Positions 24,939 to 35,163 are shown, counted from the first letter of the stretch. The stretch is 64,000 nucleotides of DNA from Candidatus Latescibacterota bacterium (GCA_965204375.1 OZ241986.1:4032001-4096000); one strand, 5' to 3'. A program made the numbers and translations. Notes: generated by a model not told the origin, from the sequence alone.

Positions 24939-26020
24939 TACAAGAGGCGATAGAACGCTGGGCTGCCGTAGGTCCTTACTATGCAATGTTTCCAATAAAC
25001 TTTGCTTTCGAGGTTATTGAGGAGTACACGCAGCCCGGAGACCGTATCCTTGATCCGTTCGTTGGACGAGGGTCAAGTATCTATGCTGCCGCAGCGAAAG
25101 AACGAACAGGATGTGGTATAGAGATTAATCCAGTCGGATGGGTGTACAGTAGCGTAAAACTGCGCCCAGTAACACAAGGACGCGTTCTTAAGCGCTTGCG
25201 AGAAATCGGATATAAGGCTAAAGGGATAGACATAGGTCGTGCGAACTTGCCTATGTTCTTCGAGTGGGCTTATGCGCCAGATGTGTTGCGTTTTTTACTG
25301 GCCTCTCGTGATATCCTGCGCTGGAGAGATAGTAAAGTAGATCGTACATTGATGGCGTTTATCCTGATACACCTGCACGGCAAACGCTTGGGTTCGCTAT
25401 CTAACCAGATGCGGGACAGTAAATCAATGGCTCCTGATTATGCCGTGCGGTGGTGGAACAAGCGCGAAATGAGGCCACCTACCATAGATCCTTTAGCCTT
25501 TTTAGAACAGCGGATTGAACGGCGGTACAAGAAGGGAACGCCTGACTTGGAGGGTGAAGTGCTTCTTGGGGACAGTGTTCAACTACTTAATTCAAATAGA
25601 CGACGACGTGCTTTTGCTTTGCCATTTGATCTCCTGTTCACGTCGCCACCTTACTATGGCGTGACCAACTATCACTACGACCAGTGGCTCCGTTTATGGA
25701 TGCTCGGGCATGGTCCAACTCCGCGATGGCGAGGGGGTCGTTGGCAGAGAAAATTTCAGTCGCGGTCTGATTACCTCGAACTACTTGCGGACGTGTTTGG
25801 AGGGGCTGCCCCACGCATGCGCGATAATGCTATTGTCATAGTTCGTACAGATGCTCGTGAGTTTACGCACTCGGCTACTGTCAAGGCACTACGAACAGCC
25901 TTTCCCAACAAGAACCTGCGTGAAGAACCTCGTCCTTTAAAAAGAAAAACACAAACCGCTCTATACGGCGATACTTCGAAGAAGCCTGGGGAAGTAGATA
26001 TTATTATGACTCCTAAATGA
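24935..26020 (+). CDS. DNA methyltransferase, alpha motif order, SPPY type (probably N4-cytosine)
   Basis: PYYAMFP, motif I LDPFVGRGS, motif IV FTSPPYY; ATGA overlap with nurA. Confidence 0.85.
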   Translation: MIQEAIERWAAVGPYYAMFPINFAFEVIEEYTQPGDRILDPFVGRGSSIYAAAAKERTGCGIEINPVGWVYSSVKLRPVTQGRVLKRLREIGYKAKGIDIGRANLPMFFEWAYAPDVLRFLLASRDILRWRDSKVDRTLMAFILIHLHGKRLGSLSNQMRDSKSMAPDYAVRWWNKREMRPPTIDPLAFLEQRIERRYKKGTPDLEGEVLLGDSVQLLNSNRRRRAFALPFDLLFTSPPYYGVTNYHYDQWLRLWMLGHGPTPRWRGGRWQRKFQSRSDYLELLADVFGGAAPRMRDNAIVIVRTDAREFTHSATVKALRTAFPNKNLREEPRPLKRKTQTALYGDTSKKPGEVDIIMTPK

Positions 26021-26061
26021 TTTGAGCAAAGTTGAATGTAAAATTATAAAAAAAATGTCAT

Positions 26062-26395
26062 GAGTGCTCTGTCAAATAAGTTTATTGATATAGTTGTAAT
26101 GCCGTTCGAGTTTTTCTTGGGTCTTGTGTTTGGTAAAGGTCCAATTGACTACACCACGGCGTTGATTGCGTCGCTCAGCCCAAGCCAGCACTTCTTGTCT
26201 CAACGTTTTCACATCCGGAATACGTCGGTTCAGGCATTGTTTCGACAAGGCTGCGAACTCAAACTCGGCCATGTTGAGCCAGCCGCCCTTCTTGGGGGTG
26301 TAATGCGTTTCAAAAGACTGTGCCAATGAAAAGGCTTCTGTTGAAGGTAAGACCTCATAGAACGCACCGGGGGTGTAAATTTTGTCTGAGTTCAC
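26062..26395 (-). pseudogene. IS630-family transposase C-terminal remnant
   Basis: HYTPKKGGWLNMAEFE...LSKQCL.RRI...W...RN......WTFT; terminal-like agtgctctgtcaa. Confidence 0.8.
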
Positions 26396-26581
26396 CTGAC
26401 AGCTCCTGAGAGAGGTCGAAGCAAGATCTGAGTTGCCTGTGAGGAGAGCGGCGTGCGTCCACTACCAACCGCTACTTCCATCTCGACGACGCGGCCCTGA
26501 GCCGCGCTGCTGAGCGTGTGACGGTGGCAATTCAGGGGAAACTCTGCCAACGCTGGACGTAAGCATCGAGGAGCGCACATT

Positions 26582-27847
26582 GTGAGCCATCTTGCGGATT
26601 CATTTAGAGGAAAATTGCTTCTCCTAATTCTTGATAAGTTCGTTATCGGAGCGATAATCGCGTTGGCTTTCGTCTGCTATGAGCGTTACAAGACAGAAGA
26701 AACGAGGAAGTATGAAGAGAAGCGCTCCGAAATTCAATTGCAGTTCGAGAGAGCGAGATTGCTCAAAGAGTTTCTGCCGATTATTCAAAATTCGGACACA
26801 AATCCTGTCACGAGTAGCTATCTTCTCCATTCCGCAATTCTCACAAACTCTCTGAATGCAGACGCTGCCTTTGATATCGGCCGCGACTTCCTGTATGGCA
26901 AACTATCGGAGAACCGCTACAAAGAAATTGTATCAGCGACTCTTCCGGAAAGCATAGGTGCTTTCGCCAGACGTGGAGTGCAGATAGCAAAGGAGTGGCA
27001 CTCCGCCTTGGGCAGCTTTCCTCATCTAGACGCTAGTTTTAATCCGTTGTCTGGCATTGAGGATTTGCCAAAGGAGGCATCATCAATCATAAAGGAAGCA
27101 AGGTTATACAGAGACTTATTATACGACAATCTTACTGCATTTGATAATTTCGAATCTCTTGAGCTTTTGCAAGAGGACCAAATCCGAGATAACCTGTTTG
27201 GTCTGTTTGTATTGTTGCAGACATCCGACTTCCAGAAAGCTCGTAAGCTTTCCCAGAGACCCGAGAATGTTCTACAATTGCTCGGTATGATCGTTCGTCT
27301 TTGGCAAAGAGGTGGCAAAGATCAGGAAGCGGAAAGCTACTTAGAAGCTCAGTTTGAAGAAGCAGGCAAGTCAAAAGAACGACTCCATCGTGCAATGGTT
27401 CTAGTGGCACTATTGCGTTGGATTTCGGCTAAAGAGGACGGGCTTAAGTCTTCCGCTTTCGCGAGAATCCTGGGAAAGATAGCAGTAGGAAGTTTGCCTC
27501 AAATTGGCATCACTGCCGCCGAAGGAGGCAGTGTCTACTGGTTACGGTGGAACGCTGCCGAAGCGCTTTACCTAGCTAAAGATCAGGCGGCTAACTCAGT
27601 GCCTATAATTGTTCAATTTCTTGAGTCTTTCCGTGATCGTTTGGCGATGGCGGAAAGCCGGGATCAGCTTCGGGAAGTCTCCAATAGATACCACTCAGGA
27701 AAGATTGTGAGAGTTCTTATCTCTGTTTTGGGTAACGTTCCGACAAATGAAGCGAAACGAACACTGCAAGTGTTGCTTAAATTGGAGGATGATCGGCTCA
27801 GGCATTTTCCCCTTCTCAAAGAGAACTTACAGCACGCACTTGAATGA
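26582..27847 (+). CDS. Hypothetical protein: N-terminal TM helix, then helical/HEAT-like repeats
   Basis: 421-aa ORF with GAGGAG RBS; hydrophobic segment at about aa 11-33, a coiled coil, then helical repeats. Confidence 0.6.
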   Translation: MSHLADSFRGKLLLLILDKFVIGAIIALAFVCYERYKTEETRKYEEKRSEIQLQFERARLLKEFLPIIQNSDTNPVTSSYLLHSAILTNSLNADAAFDIGRDFLYGKLSENRYKEIVSATLPESIGAFARRGVQIAKEWHSALGSFPHLDASFNPLSGIEDLPKEASSIIKEARLYRDLLYDNLTAFDNFESLELLQEDQIRDNLFGLFVLLQTSDFQKARKLSQRPENVLQLLGMIVRLWQRGGKDQEAESYLEAQFEEAGKSKERLHRAMVLVALLRWISAKEDGLKSSAFARILGKIAVGSLPQIGITAAEGGSVYWLRWNAAEALYLAKDQAANSVPIIVQFLESFRDRLAMAESRDQLREVSNRYHSGKIVRVLISVLGNVPTNEAKRTLQVLLKLEDDRLRHFPLLKENLQHALE

Positions 27848-28170
27848 AGAATGACAACCGAACGCGTTACGATGTGACATACGGCTAAGTAGTCCTTCAA
27901 ATAAGACCGTTTACGTAAACAAAGGGAAGTCCGTAGGTCAGATTCACAGAAAGGCTAGCTACAGGCGATATGAAGTCCCTCAATCAATGCCACGGAGCAT
28001 CAAGGAACTTACTTGAAAGACCAATGAGATTGCGTGCTTTCGAAAATTTGGATTGGGCCATAGCATAAGGATGTTATGGCTTTTTGGTTTAAAGCAGTTT
28101 GGATGCCTGTCTCTTTCTTATGATCAAACGATTCGAGGTCAAACTATAAAGCGTTAAAAAGGTAAAAAAA

Positions 28171-29358
28171 ATGATATTTCGCATATTGATATGCACAGTC
28201 GCATTACTCTCTGCGAGCGGTGCCATGGCCGACCCTTCCAAAATTGACTTTTGGAATACACAACGCAAAGGCGCCAATCAACAAAATGCACAACACCGTC
28301 CCGAATGGTACGTTGCCGCAGGAGAATTAGGATTGGATTATGTGCGAATCTTGCCCGATGCATGGCCCGCCGAAGGCAGGGACTTCCTGATAGGCAATGC
28401 GGACAACTTCGAGGCAATCAACGAAACCGATCTATCCCTATTGATCAAGGCACTCGACGAAGCCGAACGCAACGGGATCAAAGTCGTCCTTACAATGGTC
28501 AGCTTACCCGGCGCGCGCTGGAAGCAACTGAACAATGACCGGGACGATGCGCGGCTCTGGAAAGACAAAAAATATCATCTCCAGGCATTCGAGTTCTGGC
28601 GCCAACTCGCCGCACGCCTGAAAACACACCCCGCCATCGTAGCTTACAATCCCCTCAATGAACCACACCCGGACAAGGCATTCGGCTTTGACGCGCCAGA
28701 CGAAAACTTCGCCCAGTGGTTCAAACGCATCCAGAACACGCCGGCCGACCTCAACCAATTCAACCGGGAAATGGTCAAAGCAATCCGTTCCGTAGATACA
28801 CACACACCCATCATCCTCGATGGCTGGTTCTATGCATCTCCCCAGGCATTCGTATACAATCGACCCGTTGATGATGACAAGGTCTTATACGCCTTCCACA
28901 ATCCCGGTCCCTGGCAAATGGTAACCTATCGCGTCAATCAGGGCAGGTACGCCTATCCGGACCGCGTGCCCAAATCGTGGAACGGACCAACGGAATCCTG
29001 GACCATTGATCGCCTTGCACGGGAAATGCAGACGGTACAAAAATTTTCCGAACGATACGATATACCACCACACCGAATAATCGCTTCAGAATTCTGGTAC
29101 GACCGTCGCCTTGAAGGCGCGGCAGCATATATGGCCGACCTCATCGAAATCTATAACCAGCGCGGCTGGCACTGGGCTTTTTACGCATATCGCGGCAGCG
29201 GCACATGGACGGGACTCGATTACGAAATCGCGCCAGGACAAAAAATGGGATGGCGTTATTGGCAGGCCATCGAACAGGGCAAAGACCCCGAACCTCTCAA
29301 ACCGAGAGGACCGAACCCATTGTGGGAAATACTGCAGCGGCAGTTTGAAAAAAAATAA
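28171..29358 (+). CDS. Secreted glycoside hydrolase family 5
   Basis: Signal peptide; YNPLNEP (acid/base Glu), AFH, IASEF (nucleophile), W.FY. Confidence 0.85.
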   Translation: MIFRILICTVALLSASGAMADPSKIDFWNTQRKGANQQNAQHRPEWYVAAGELGLDYVRILPDAWPAEGRDFLIGNADNFEAINETDLSLLIKALDEAERNGIKVVLTMVSLPGARWKQLNNDRDDARLWKDKKYHLQAFEFWRQLAARLKTHPAIVAYNPLNEPHPDKAFGFDAPDENFAQWFKRIQNTPADLNQFNREMVKAIRSVDTHTPIILDGWFYASPQAFVYNRPVDDDKVLYAFHNPGPWQMVTYRVNQGRYAYPDRVPKSWNGPTESWTIDRLAREMQTVQKFSERYDIPPHRIIASEFWYDRRLEGAAAYMADLIEIYNQRGWHWAFYAYRGSGTWTGLDYEIAPGQKMGWRYWQAIEQGKDPEPLKPRGPNPLWEILQRQFEKK

Positions 29359-29426
29359 AAAAGATTTAAATTGGTAGAAGAAAGTACTGCGTAATATCAA
29401 TTTTTAATTCGCATTCTCAGGAGGTC

Positions 29427-30209
29427 TTGATGTCATTGTTTTCACTTGAAGGTCGCGTCGCCATAGTCACCGGAGCGGGGCGCGGTATTGGACGTGGTAT
29501 TGCAGAGGGGTTGGCTGCACAGGGCGCGAAAATCGTATGTGCTGCGCGCACGCGGTCTCAATTAGACGAAGTCGTAGCCGCAATACGGGAGGCGGGAGGC
29601 GACGCGCTCGCTTATGAAATGGACATGAAAGACCTGGACTCCGTACGCGGCGGCGCCGATACAGCACTTGAAACATACGGACAAATCGATATCCTCGTCA
29701 ACAACGCGGGCATGAACATACGCGAGCCATTTGAAGACGTAACAGAAGAACACTACGACGAAATCATGGCCGTCAACCTGAAGGGCCTCTACTTCTTAAC
29801 ACAGACCGTCGTCAAACACATGATCTCGCGCAAACAGGGCAAAATCATCCACATCGGCTCATTGACAACCGACTGGTCCTTGTCGCAAATCTCGGTCTAT
29901 ACCGCCACCAAAGGCGCCGTTGGGCAACTCGCCAAAGCCCAGGCATTAGAACTCGGCGAGCACAACATCCAGGTCAACACAATATGTCCGGGCTTTGTGG
30001 TCACGCCATTGACCGAGCGACTCTGGGAAGATGATACAATGCGCGAATGGGCCGAATCCCGTCTGCCCATAAAACGCCTGGCAACACCTGAAGACCTGGC
30101 AGGCACCGCCGTATTCCTCGCCGCGCCTGCATCGGATTACGTCACCGGACAATCCATCTACGTAGATGGCGGCTTCATGGCTGGCGAAGCCTGGCCCTTG
30201 CCTGAGTAA
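29427..30209 (+). CDS. SDR oxidoreductase (gluconate 5-dehydrogenase/KduD-like)
   Basis: TGAGRGIG, NNAG, YTATK. Confidence 0.9.
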   Translation: MMSLFSLEGRVAIVTGAGRGIGRGIAEGLAAQGAKIVCAARTRSQLDEVVAAIREAGGDALAYEMDMKDLDSVRGGADTALETYGQIDILVNNAGMNIREPFEDVTEEHYDEIMAVNLKGLYFLTQTVVKHMISRKQGKIIHIGSLTTDWSLSQISVYTATKGAVGQLAKAQALELGEHNIQVNTICPGFVVTPLTERLWEDDTMREWAESRLPIKRLATPEDLAGTAVFLAAPASDYVTGQSIYVDGGFMAGEAWPLPE

Positions 30210-30220
30210 GGGAGAGAACA

Positions 30221-31216
30221 ATGGCACAATATGACATTCAACAAGAAAACTTTCACGGACACGCGCTCTACGTATTGCGGGATATTGAAGCTGGCCAGGA
30301 AGCCCGTATCCTGCCCTCGGTCGGCAACAATTGTATCTCCTACAAAATCCCAAAAGATGACGGACTATTGGAACTGATTTACTCCCCGCCCGACCCCGAC
30401 ACCCTGAAAGGCCGCGCAAGCGGATACGGCACCCCCATATTATACCCCTGGCCCAACCGCATAGATAGCGGTAAATTCACATTTGACGGCGCAGAATACC
30501 AGCTCCAAACCCCTGCCCCGGGCGAACACGCCTCTCACGGCTACGTCCACGAACGTCCCTGGCGCGTAGTCGAATCCGGCACCTCAGAAGGCGCCTGGAT
30601 AACCAGCGTCTTCACATCAACAGACTTCCCGGAAATCGGCGCACACTTTCCCTTCCCCTTTGAAGCGCGGGTAACATATCGGCTAAAAGACGGCGTATTA
30701 TCCCTCGAATTTGAAGGCACCAACGTGGGCGACAGCGACATGCCCGTCGGCCTGGGCATCCACCCCTATTTCCCCCTACCACTCACTGAAAAAGGCAACC
30801 GGGATCTGTGTACCGTGCGCATGCCCGCATCGACCTACTGGCCCTTGCGCGACGACCCCATTCCCACAGGAGAAATACTACCCGTTGACGGCACGGTATT
30901 TGACGTACGCGAAAACACCCCCTTGAAAGACCGGTATTACGACAACGTCTGGTCCGGCGTATCTACAGCCGACGGATGGAGCAGATGTGAATACACCGAT
31001 CCAACCGAAAGTGTCACCATCGCAATGGAAGCCAATGACGCATTCCGCGAACTCGTACTCTACGCCCCCGACACTCGTCCCATCGTATGCTTTGAACCCT
31101 ACACCTGCGTCACCAACGCCTTCAACCTGCAAAACCAGGGCATCGACGCGGGCCTGATACGCCTCCGACCCGGCGAAAAGCTAACTGGAATAATGAAAAT
31201 TATTGGAGAAGCATGA
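30221..31216 (+). CDS. Aldose 1-epimerase family protein
   Basis: PWPNRI, HG, HPYF, CFEP. Confidence 0.88.
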   Translation: MAQYDIQQENFHGHALYVLRDIEAGQEARILPSVGNNCISYKIPKDDGLLELIYSPPDPDTLKGRASGYGTPILYPWPNRIDSGKFTFDGAEYQLQTPAPGEHASHGYVHERPWRVVESGTSEGAWITSVFTSTDFPEIGAHFPFPFEARVTYRLKDGVLSLEFEGTNVGDSDMPVGLGIHPYFPLPLTEKGNRDLCTVRMPASTYWPLRDDPIPTGEILPVDGTVFDVRENTPLKDRYYDNVWSGVSTADGWSRCEYTDPTESVTIAMEANDAFRELVLYAPDTRPIVCFEPYTCVTNAFNLQNQGIDAGLIRLRPGEKLTGIMKIIGEA

Positions 31217-31806
31217 CCGACCGATTACAACAACAAATTGAATTTCTCCTCGAAATCGATAAACTCAAACAAATCATTCGGCAAACCTATTTGCTCGACG
31301 AAACGCGAAAAGAAAACGACGCCGAACACTCGTGGCATTTTGCCATGTTCGCACTCATCCTCGCGGAATACGCGCCCGAACCAGTGGATATCCTGAAAGT
31401 AATCAAAATGGCGCTGGTACACGACCTCGTGGAAATCGACGCGGGCGACACCTTTCTCTACGACGAATCCGGCAATGCCGACAAAGCCGAACGCGAAGCA
31501 AAAGCCGCCGACCGCATCTTTGCACTCTTGCCTGCAGAACAGGGCGCAGAAATACGCGCATTGTGGGAAGAATTTGAAGCAAAAGAAACGCCCGAATCAA
31601 AATTCGCGGGCGCGCTGGACCGATTCCAACCCTTTTTGCACAATTGCAATACTCAGGGACGCGCCTGGAAAGAGCACGGAATCACCGCCGACCGCGTCTT
31701 GCAAAGCAACAGCCACATCTCAATCGGCGCGCCCATTCTATGGAACCGCGTGCAAGAACTGGTTGATGAAATGGTCGCTGAAGGATATATTGAGGATAAG
31801 AAATAG
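31213..31806 (+). CDS. HD-domain phosphohydrolase (YfbR/HDDC2-like)
   Basis: ENDAEHSWH, VHDLVEIDAGD, LW.EFE, LDR.QP. Confidence 0.9.
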   Translation: MTDRLQQQIEFLLEIDKLKQIIRQTYLLDETRKENDAEHSWHFAMFALILAEYAPEPVDILKVIKMALVHDLVEIDAGDTFLYDESGNADKAEREAKAADRIFALLPAEQGAEIRALWEEFEAKETPESKFAGALDRFQPFLHNCNTQGRAWKEHGITADRVLQSNSHISIGAPILWNRVQELVDEMVAEGYIEDKK

Positions 31807-31818
31807 AGGAACGAAGTA

Positions 31819-32031
31819 ATGAACAAGCCAATAAAAACAGAAGCAGATTACAAAGCCGCCCTCGCGCGTGCAGACGAGATTTTTGATGCAAAACCGGGAA
31901 CACCAGAGGGTGAAGAGTTGGAATCACTCGTTACTTTGATCGAGCATTACGAAGATACAGCCTATCCAATTGACAAGCCCGATCCAATTACAGCCATCAA
32001 GTTTCGCATGGCGCAACAGGGGTTAAAGTAA
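31819..32031 (+). pseudogene. Truncated HigA-like antitoxin (C-terminal HTH missing)
   Basis: PIKTE.DY..AL, GTPEG.EL..L..LIE.YE, PDPI.AIKFRM.Q.GL, then a stop codon. Confidence 0.7.
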
Positions 32032-32099
32032 ATCTGGAAAGGCTCTCTATTTGACAACACCAATTTGATTATCCGGCTAAAAAAACGGGAGGACCGAAC

Positions 32100-33956
32100 A
32101 TGAGCCAGACACTCAAGGACTTATTGAATGACAGTTTTGACCGGCATGCGGAGCGCACGGCGGTTCGCGTATTGCGCCAGCCAGAGGAACCCGGCGAAAG
32201 AAGATTGCAATATCTGCCGTTGACATATCGGCAATTGAAGGTACAGCGAGACCGATTGGCATCGGGCCTGGCGCAACTGGGATTGGAAAAGGGGCAGCGC
32301 ATCGGGTTATTGACCGATGGCGGCCTGGAGTCCGTCCTGGTCTTTTTATCCTGTGATATGCTGGGATTATCCGCAGTGCCCATCTGTAACAAACTGCCCG
32401 ACGATCTGCTCGTACACAGCATCAACCACTCGGGCATTGCCTATTTGTTCACAGACACAAAAAGCCTGGAACAGGTCAACCGCGTACGCGAGCAACTGAA
32501 CAATCCCCCCCAGATCGTCCTGACAGAAGGACAGAGCGATAACACACGCTCATTTTTTGAACTAACCCAAAAAGGCGCAGAATCACCACCGCCAGACATA
32601 GCAATTGACCCCGACGACGAATCGAAAATCGTGTACACATCGGGATCATCTGGATTGCCCAAAGGCGTGATACAAACCCATCGCAATCTCGTCGGCAATA
32701 TCCTGTCCGTATGGGATACGATCAGCAACCGCGACCCGCTCATCTTATTCAAATCCGCGCCCGACTATCACACCATGGGCATATTAAACATCTATTACCC
32801 CCTATCAAAAGGCTGGACACTGGACCTGGCTCGGTCGCCGGATCGCGTACTCGTGGATATTCGATATTCTGAACCCGAAGGCTTTTTAACTGTCCCCCTG
32901 ATCTTAGACAAAGTATTTGGCAACGTGCGAAAAGAAATTGATGCCGGCGGTGCAAAAGGCACATTAATCGCCCGGTCACTGCGCGCCAAACAGCGCATTA
33001 CACGCGGTGAAGCATCGGTCATTGACCGCCTCGTCAATGCCACACTGGGCAAAAAGGTCGTCGGACAAATCAAAGAAAAACTCTCGCAACGCGTGGGCAG
33101 CCGTCTCGAATTGTTAATCGTCGGCTCGGCAAAAGCCGACCCCGAAGCCCTCGACTTTTTCCAGGACGTACTGGACATCACCTCCCTCGAAGGTTATGGC
33201 GTCACCGAATGCAGCCCCCTGATCGCGGCAAATGTCCTGAACGGACAAAAAACAGGCACCGTTGGAAAGCCATTACAAGAAGTAAAAATCATCGCCGAAA
33301 CAGGCGAGGAAATCGCCCACGGTGACCCAAAGACAGAGACCTATAGCGGCAGTGGCGATGGCATTGGCGAATTGTGGGTACACGGCAACCACGTCATGAC
33401 GGGGTACCTCAACGACCCCGAACGCACCGCCGAAGTACTCGTAACCGATGAAACGGGCAAAGTGTGGTATCGCACGGGTGATTTGTTCAGCATGGACGAC
33501 GAGGGATTCTTGACATTCCAGGGACGCTTTGGGCGGCAATTTAAATTGAGCAACGGCGAATTTGTCAACCCAGAACGTCTCGAACGCATATTCGCTCGCG
33601 CATCGCTCATCGAACACGTCTTAATCTGCGGCGATCAGACCCGCACATTCCCGCTACCCGTCGTCACCGTAAATGTAGAAGAAGCACAATTGCAAACAGA
33701 CATTCCCGATTTGCCCACAGACGACGAGGAAGCGCTGTGCAGCCATCCCGCAATTGCCGAGCGCATCCGCGAGCAACTATTAAAAGAAGCCTCGGCATCT
33801 GGCCTTCCCGCGCACGAACGCCCGCAAAAGATACTGGTCTTGCCGGACCAGTTGAGCGAAGAAACGGGAACCCTCACCCGGGGGTTAAAAAAGGTCGTAC
33901 CCAAGAGAATAGAAGAAATCTATGAAAACGAAATCGCCGCAGCGTATGATGGATAA
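32100..33956 (+). CDS. Long-chain acyl-CoA synthetase (AMP-binding)
   Basis: YTSGSSGLPKG, EGYGVTE, W.RTGD. Confidence 0.88.
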   Translation: MSQTLKDLLNDSFDRHAERTAVRVLRQPEEPGERRLQYLPLTYRQLKVQRDRLASGLAQLGLEKGQRIGLLTDGGLESVLVFLSCDMLGLSAVPICNKLPDDLLVHSINHSGIAYLFTDTKSLEQVNRVREQLNNPPQIVLTEGQSDNTRSFFELTQKGAESPPPDIAIDPDDESKIVYTSGSSGLPKGVIQTHRNLVGNILSVWDTISNRDPLILFKSAPDYHTMGILNIYYPLSKGWTLDLARSPDRVLVDIRYSEPEGFLTVPLILDKVFGNVRKEIDAGGAKGTLIARSLRAKQRITRGEASVIDRLVNATLGKKVVGQIKEKLSQRVGSRLELLIVGSAKADPEALDFFQDVLDITSLEGYGVTECSPLIAANVLNGQKTGTVGKPLQEVKIIAETGEEIAHGDPKTETYSGSGDGIGELWVHGNHVMTGYLNDPERTAEVLVTDETGKVWYRTGDLFSMDDEGFLTFQGRFGRQFKLSNGEFVNPERLERIFARASLIEHVLICGDQTRTFPLPVVTVNVEEAQLQTDIPDLPTDDEEALCSHPAIAERIREQLLKEASASGLPAHERPQKILVLPDQLSEETGTLTRGLKKVVPKRIEEIYENEIAAAYDG

Positions 33957-33972
33957 ACCCAAAACCTTATGG

Positions 33973-34052
33973 ATCCACAGATGAACGCAGATAGACACAG
34001 ATGAAAGGAGATTTTTGCCTTTTATCCGCGTTCATCTGCGTTATCTGCGGAT
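33973..34052. repeat. REP-like palindromic element with ~10-nt internal periodicity
   Basis: atccacagatgaacgcagatagacacagat ... atccgcgttcatctgcgttatctgcggat. Confidence 0.75.
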
Positions 34053-34059
34053 GCTTTTT

Positions 34060-35091
34060 ATGCCAATTTTCAACCCCGATAAACTGCGGCGCATTGGCCG
34101 CGAAGTCTTCGAACGCATAGGCGCAACACCCGAAGAAGCCCGAATCGTGGCCGATCTGCTCGTATCGTCCAATCTCGCGGGACACGACTCGCACGGCGTC
34201 GTCCGCATACCACAATACGTATCCGGCGTTCAGAGCGGTCAAATACAACTCGGAACAACCGTGGAAATCGAACGGGAAACCGATGCAACAGCCGTCGTAA
34301 ACGGACACTGGGGATTTGGGCACGTAACCGCAACAGAAGCCATGCACATCGCCATCCAGAAAGCCCGCAAAAGTGCTGTCGGCATCGTAACAGTGCATCA
34401 GTGCAACCACATCGGGCGACTGGGTGGCTATCCCGTACTCGCCGCAGCTGAAAACATGGCCGGACTGATGAGCAACAACGGCCACGGCGCCGACCTCTCA
34501 ATGGCGCCGTGGGGAGGACTGGGACGCATCCTGCCCGCGAATTGTCTCGCCGTTGCATTCCCTTCGGACCGCGACTTTCCCATTGCACTGGACCTGACCG
34601 CCGCAACCGCGGCAGGTGGCAAAATGCGGGTCGCCCTTGCCCGGGGCGAACGCGTACCCGAAAATTGGCTCATCGACGCCGAAGGCACCCCCACAACGGA
34701 CCCCGCCGACTACGTACACGGCAATGCCGCGCTAACCCCCTTTGGCGACCACAAAGGATATGGCCTATCATTCATCTTCGACATCTTATCCGGCGCCCTA
34801 TCGCCCGCCGGATGCACCCGCAAAAACTCACCTGTAACGGGCAACGCCCTATTTGTACAGGCCATTCGCATCGATGCATTCCAGCCCATCACCGACTTTA
34901 AAGCCGAAATCGGGCGATTCATCGACTATGTAAAATCGGCAAAAACCGCACCCGGATTCGACGAAATACTCGTACCGGGCGAACGCTCCCATCGCACGGG
35001 TTGTGAACGCGAGGCAAATGGAGTCCCCATAGAAGAAACGACCTGGGAACAAATTTGCGAAACCGCAAAAAAATTCGATGTAAAAACTTAA
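34060..35091 (+). CDS. Ldh_2-family (malate/L-lactate/ureidoglycolate) dehydrogenase
   Basis: GHDSHG, HIGRLG, HKGYGL, PGE. Confidence 0.88.
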   Translation: MPIFNPDKLRRIGREVFERIGATPEEARIVADLLVSSNLAGHDSHGVVRIPQYVSGVQSGQIQLGTTVEIERETDATAVVNGHWGFGHVTATEAMHIAIQKARKSAVGIVTVHQCNHIGRLGGYPVLAAAENMAGLMSNNGHGADLSMAPWGGLGRILPANCLAVAFPSDRDFPIALDLTAATAAGGKMRVALARGERVPENWLIDAEGTPTTDPADYVHGNAALTPFGDHKGYGLSFIFDILSGALSPAGCTRKNSPVTGNALFVQAIRIDAFQPITDFKAEIGRFIDYVKSAKTAPGFDEILVPGERSHRTGCEREANGVPIEETTWEQICETAKKFDVKT

Positions 35092-35105
35092 TCACTGCCT
35101 CAAGC

Positions 35106-35155
35106 AAACAAAAACCCGCCCCCTATTTACGTCTTCAGGGAGCGGGTTTTTTGTT
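35106..35155. terminator. Bidirectional terminator
   Basis: aacaaaaacccgc...gcgggttttttgtt between convergent genes. Confidence 0.7.
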
Positions 35156-35163
35156 AAACCGCG

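Noticed and set aside
26463-26529. attC-like site (ccaac...cgcggc/gccgcg...gctgagcg...ggtggca) before the orphan gene
   Set aside because: The core R boxes deviate from RYYYAAC/GTTRRRY, the L boxes pair poorly, and no integrase or second clear site is present.
27850-28080. Possible decayed gene or island end repeat
   Set aside because: Multiple stop codons in the frames inspected, no recognisable motif and no match to the left island border.
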